Position numbers and translations under genes: made by a program. The notes beneath the pieces are model-generated. The model worked only from the letters and a program-made list of their open reading frames with translations, was not told the origin of the DNA and made no database searches. A DNA stretch of 64,000 nucleotides from an uncultured virus (IMG/VR IMGVR_UViG_3300030044_000012). Lineage: Duplodnaviria > Heunggongvirae > Uroviricota > Caudoviricetes. This document shows, in pieces, positions 61,706-64,000 of the stretch. Where the stretch lies: the IMG/VR virus record IMGVR_UViG_3300030044_000012, one strand, 5' to 3'. Position 1 is the first letter of the stretch, and every line of letters starts with the position of its first letter.

Positions 61706-62562
61706 GCAGTCACCCCTTTTGCTTTTAGTGTGTTGTCATCACCTTCCCAGTGACGAGGAATCATGTTTCGGAGGTAATCACGGTTGCGGGTGAAGGTCGG
61801 CGTGGATTCATCGAGAGCCCACTCGCCACGACGAGCGATGGAGAGGGCGAGCGCCTCATCACTAAGCACAGGGGTGTGCTTACGAATAACCCCACCATGC
61901 TTGAATCGTACAGGATGCTTCGCCCAGTTGTCTCCAGCCTCATGAATGATTTCGTGGCGCTCCGGGGTACTCTTACCCTGCAACTTCTTATGCGAAGCGT
62001 AGGCGGAGGCAAGTTGCGTCACTGAGTTGCGTGCTGCGTCCTGCTGCCGCCAGATGAAATAGTTTTCGACCTCGATGTAATCGGGGATGGTGAAAGCACG
62101 AGCATCGAATACAGCATCGGGAGTTTTACCAAACCACGGGGCTTCCTTCATTGAGTCAGACCATGATGCAGTTTTACTGAAGTGGGCTACGATGCGGTTG
62201 AAGCTCATGGTAGCGATAGAAGCAGCTACAGAAACCCACTTCTGGAGGTTACCGTCGAACCATGATTGTGAGCCCTCGTCAGCGAAGTCGGTCGCCAGCA
62301 CAGAAATTTCATCGCTCTGGACATAGGCGAAACGAGCCCCGGCGATTTCCTTGCAGAGAGCGATGGCCGCAGCATCCATGCAAGACATGAATTTGGTATC
62401 ATAAGGCTTTGTGAGCCCCTTTGTCCATGTATGGAAGGCGCGACCATCTACACGAAGAATAGTGTAGGTGCGACGGGGCAGGAAGAACCGACTGCGGTCT
62501 TCATACTGACCCTTCATTCTGTCTCCGAGTTTGTCGTTCTTTGGCTGGTTGCCCATGGTCAT
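61702..62562 (-). CDS. thg1: tRNA-His guanylyltransferase Thg1-like protein
   Basis: RVDGRAFH, YVQSDEIS, FDAR and NYFIWRQQDA.RNS motifs. Confidence 0.93.
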   Translation of the reverse strand: MTMGNQPKNDKLGDRMKGQYEDRSRFFLPRRTYTILRVDGRAFHTWTKGLTKPYDTKFMSCMDAAAIALCKEIAGARFAYVQSDEISVLATDFADEGSQSWFDGNLQKWVSVAASIATMSFNRIVAHFSKTASWSDSMKEAPWFGKTPDAVFDARAFTIPDYIEVENYFIWRQQDAARNSVTQLASAYASHKKLQGKSTPERHEIIHEAGDNWAKHPVRFKHGGVIRKHTPVLSDEALALSIARRGEWALDESTPTFTRNRDYLRNMIPRHWEGDDNTLKAKGVTA

Positions 62563-62870
62563 CTTTCGTTGTAAAGAGCGGAGATAACTTCATTGGAGGG
62601 GAGAATCGGTTCGATGGAGTCGGTCACGTAAGGCAGGTCGTGCTCACCTTCACAGCACAGCCAAGAACCGTCCGTAAACACGATGCGAAGCAGCTTGAAT
62701 GTCACGTCCCCAAACTCTGCGGTAAACCGACCTTCTACATCTGCAATTTCTCTTCCGCAGAGTTTAGACACTAGTATGCTCTGGAGTCCTGCACTCAGGA
62801 TTTCCGGGCACAGACTCCCATTCGATTAAGCCTGCTTGGTCAGCTAACTCCAAAACCCTTTTAAACAGGA

Positions 62871-63746
62871 TCATAGGCTCCTGAACTCCTGCTTAACCTG
62901 AGCTACAAACGCCATGAAGTCCGGGCGAAGTACAATGTCAGGTTGCCACGCCAGATTAAGGTCAATCAGGTTGTAGCTCTTGACGATGTAAGAACCATCT
63001 ACCGTGGCTCCAGAAGCGTCGTGGTCGCGTCCAAGCATCCAGATGTGGTCAGCGACCGCACAAGCGGCGGTAACGTCGTGTGTGACAACGATAACCGTGT
63101 TCAGGTCGTCCATGTTGGCTACCTGCTGGATCAGATGAGCCGTCTTTTCGAGGTTGATTGGATCAAGGCCGGAGAAAGGCTCGTCCATCAGGATGTAATG
63201 TGAAGAGCAGAGAATCTGTTGGATGATAGCGATGCGCTGACGCTGACCCCCCGACAAATCTTTCGGGTAAGCTAACAACTTGTCGGCCAGACCGAACTCT
63301 GTGAGGTACGCCATGATTTTGTCCATAGCGACTGATTTTGACTTCTCGACCTGCATCGCGGCCAGCATCAAGTTGCCCTTGATGGTGCGATGATAGAAGA
63401 GAGGGTAGCTCTGTGCGACCACACCAACATCCCCGGCATGGACTTCACATTTATCTTGTGTACAACCCTCGCGGCCACAATGACAGTTGTTGATGTAGAC
63501 GTGTCCGCTGGTGGCTTTTTTAAGACCGGCAATGATGCGGAACAACTGCGTCTTACCGATGCCCGAGGGGCCAAGGAAACCAACGACTTGCCCCTTCACA
63601 ATGCGGTTGCCTTGAGCGTCCGCACGATCAACTACAATGTCCTGAATCTGAGCGTTGACGTTCTTCAGGACTTGACGGTCGTAGCTGAGACAAACGTTGT
63701 CGATGGTAAGCAGTGCTTGCCCGAGATGGTATTCCATGGTTGCCAT
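62871..63746 (-). CDS. ABC transporter ATP-binding protein (TauB/NrtD-like)
   Basis: GPSGIGKT, LSGGQRQR, LMDEPFSGLD and VTHD motifs. Confidence 0.92.
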   Translation of the reverse strand: MATMEYHLGQALLTIDNVCLSYDRQVLKNVNAQIQDIVVDRADAQGNRIVKGQVVGFLGPSGIGKTQLFRIIAGLKKATSGHVYINNCHCGREGCTQDKCEVHAGDVGVVAQSYPLFYHRTIKGNLMLAAMQVEKSKSVAMDKIMAYLTEFGLADKLLAYPKDLSGGQRQRIAIIQQILCSSHYILMDEPFSGLDPINLEKTAHLIQQVANMDDLNTVIVVTHDVTAACAVADHIWMLGRDHDASGATVDGSYIVKSYNLIDLNLAWQPDIVLRPDFMAFVAQVKQEFRSL

Positions 63747-64000
63747 TATCGTTTCCCTTTCAGAACGGCCCACGATGAACCGCATGGGGCCGTATCAAAC
63801 CCACAACTTCGGAGTTGACCAGCCACCCACTCAGCTACCTGTTCCCTTGTCTGTGTTTTGAAGTGGTCGCTGTGGCTGTGCATAGTCAACGCCATCTCGA
63901 ACATGATGTCAATCAGCTTCTGTTCCACGACGACGCCGCTCCACTCTTACATGAACTCGATGATAAATCGGTTCCGACTTCAGGGTTAAAACCCCATCAA

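Noticed and set aside
1..64000. CRISPR array or stop-codon recoding
   Set aside because: No repeat-spacer periodicity. Genes tile well in code 11 and there is no clear suppressor tRNA.

Overview
A 64-kb segment of a large, probably jumbo, tailed-phage genome. It is densely coding and almost entirely on the minus strand. Protein genes include Ku, rIIA/rIIB, a terminase-like ATPase, NAD-dependent ligase, Map, MazG, an HD hydrolase, PspA, an ABC ATPase and many small hypotheticals. It also carries a translation-rescue and RNA-repair kit: TrpRS, ArgRS, Tpt1, Rnl5-type RNA ligase, Thg1 and an intein-split nucleotidyltransferase. I read about 25 tRNA genes in two arrays, interleaved with HNH genes and several structured tRNA-like RNAs. 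The main finding is an apparent tRNA-depletion-sensing control system. Each tRNA array is preceded by a short leader ORF, absent from the ORF track, whose codons match the tRNAs of that array. Each leader overlaps a long antiterminator hairpin that competes with an intrinsic terminator abutting the first tRNA, which is the layout of a ribosome-stalling attenuator. In the same region, ArgRS is split by a prfB-like +1 frameshift site in which Arg codons replace the stop codon, which would make ArgRS synthesis Arg-tRNA-sensitive. Many tRNAs are non-canonical: long variable arms on class I tRNAs, an open 27:43 pair, 8/4 folds, and armless or permuted mimics. All RNA folds were done by eye and no searches were run.
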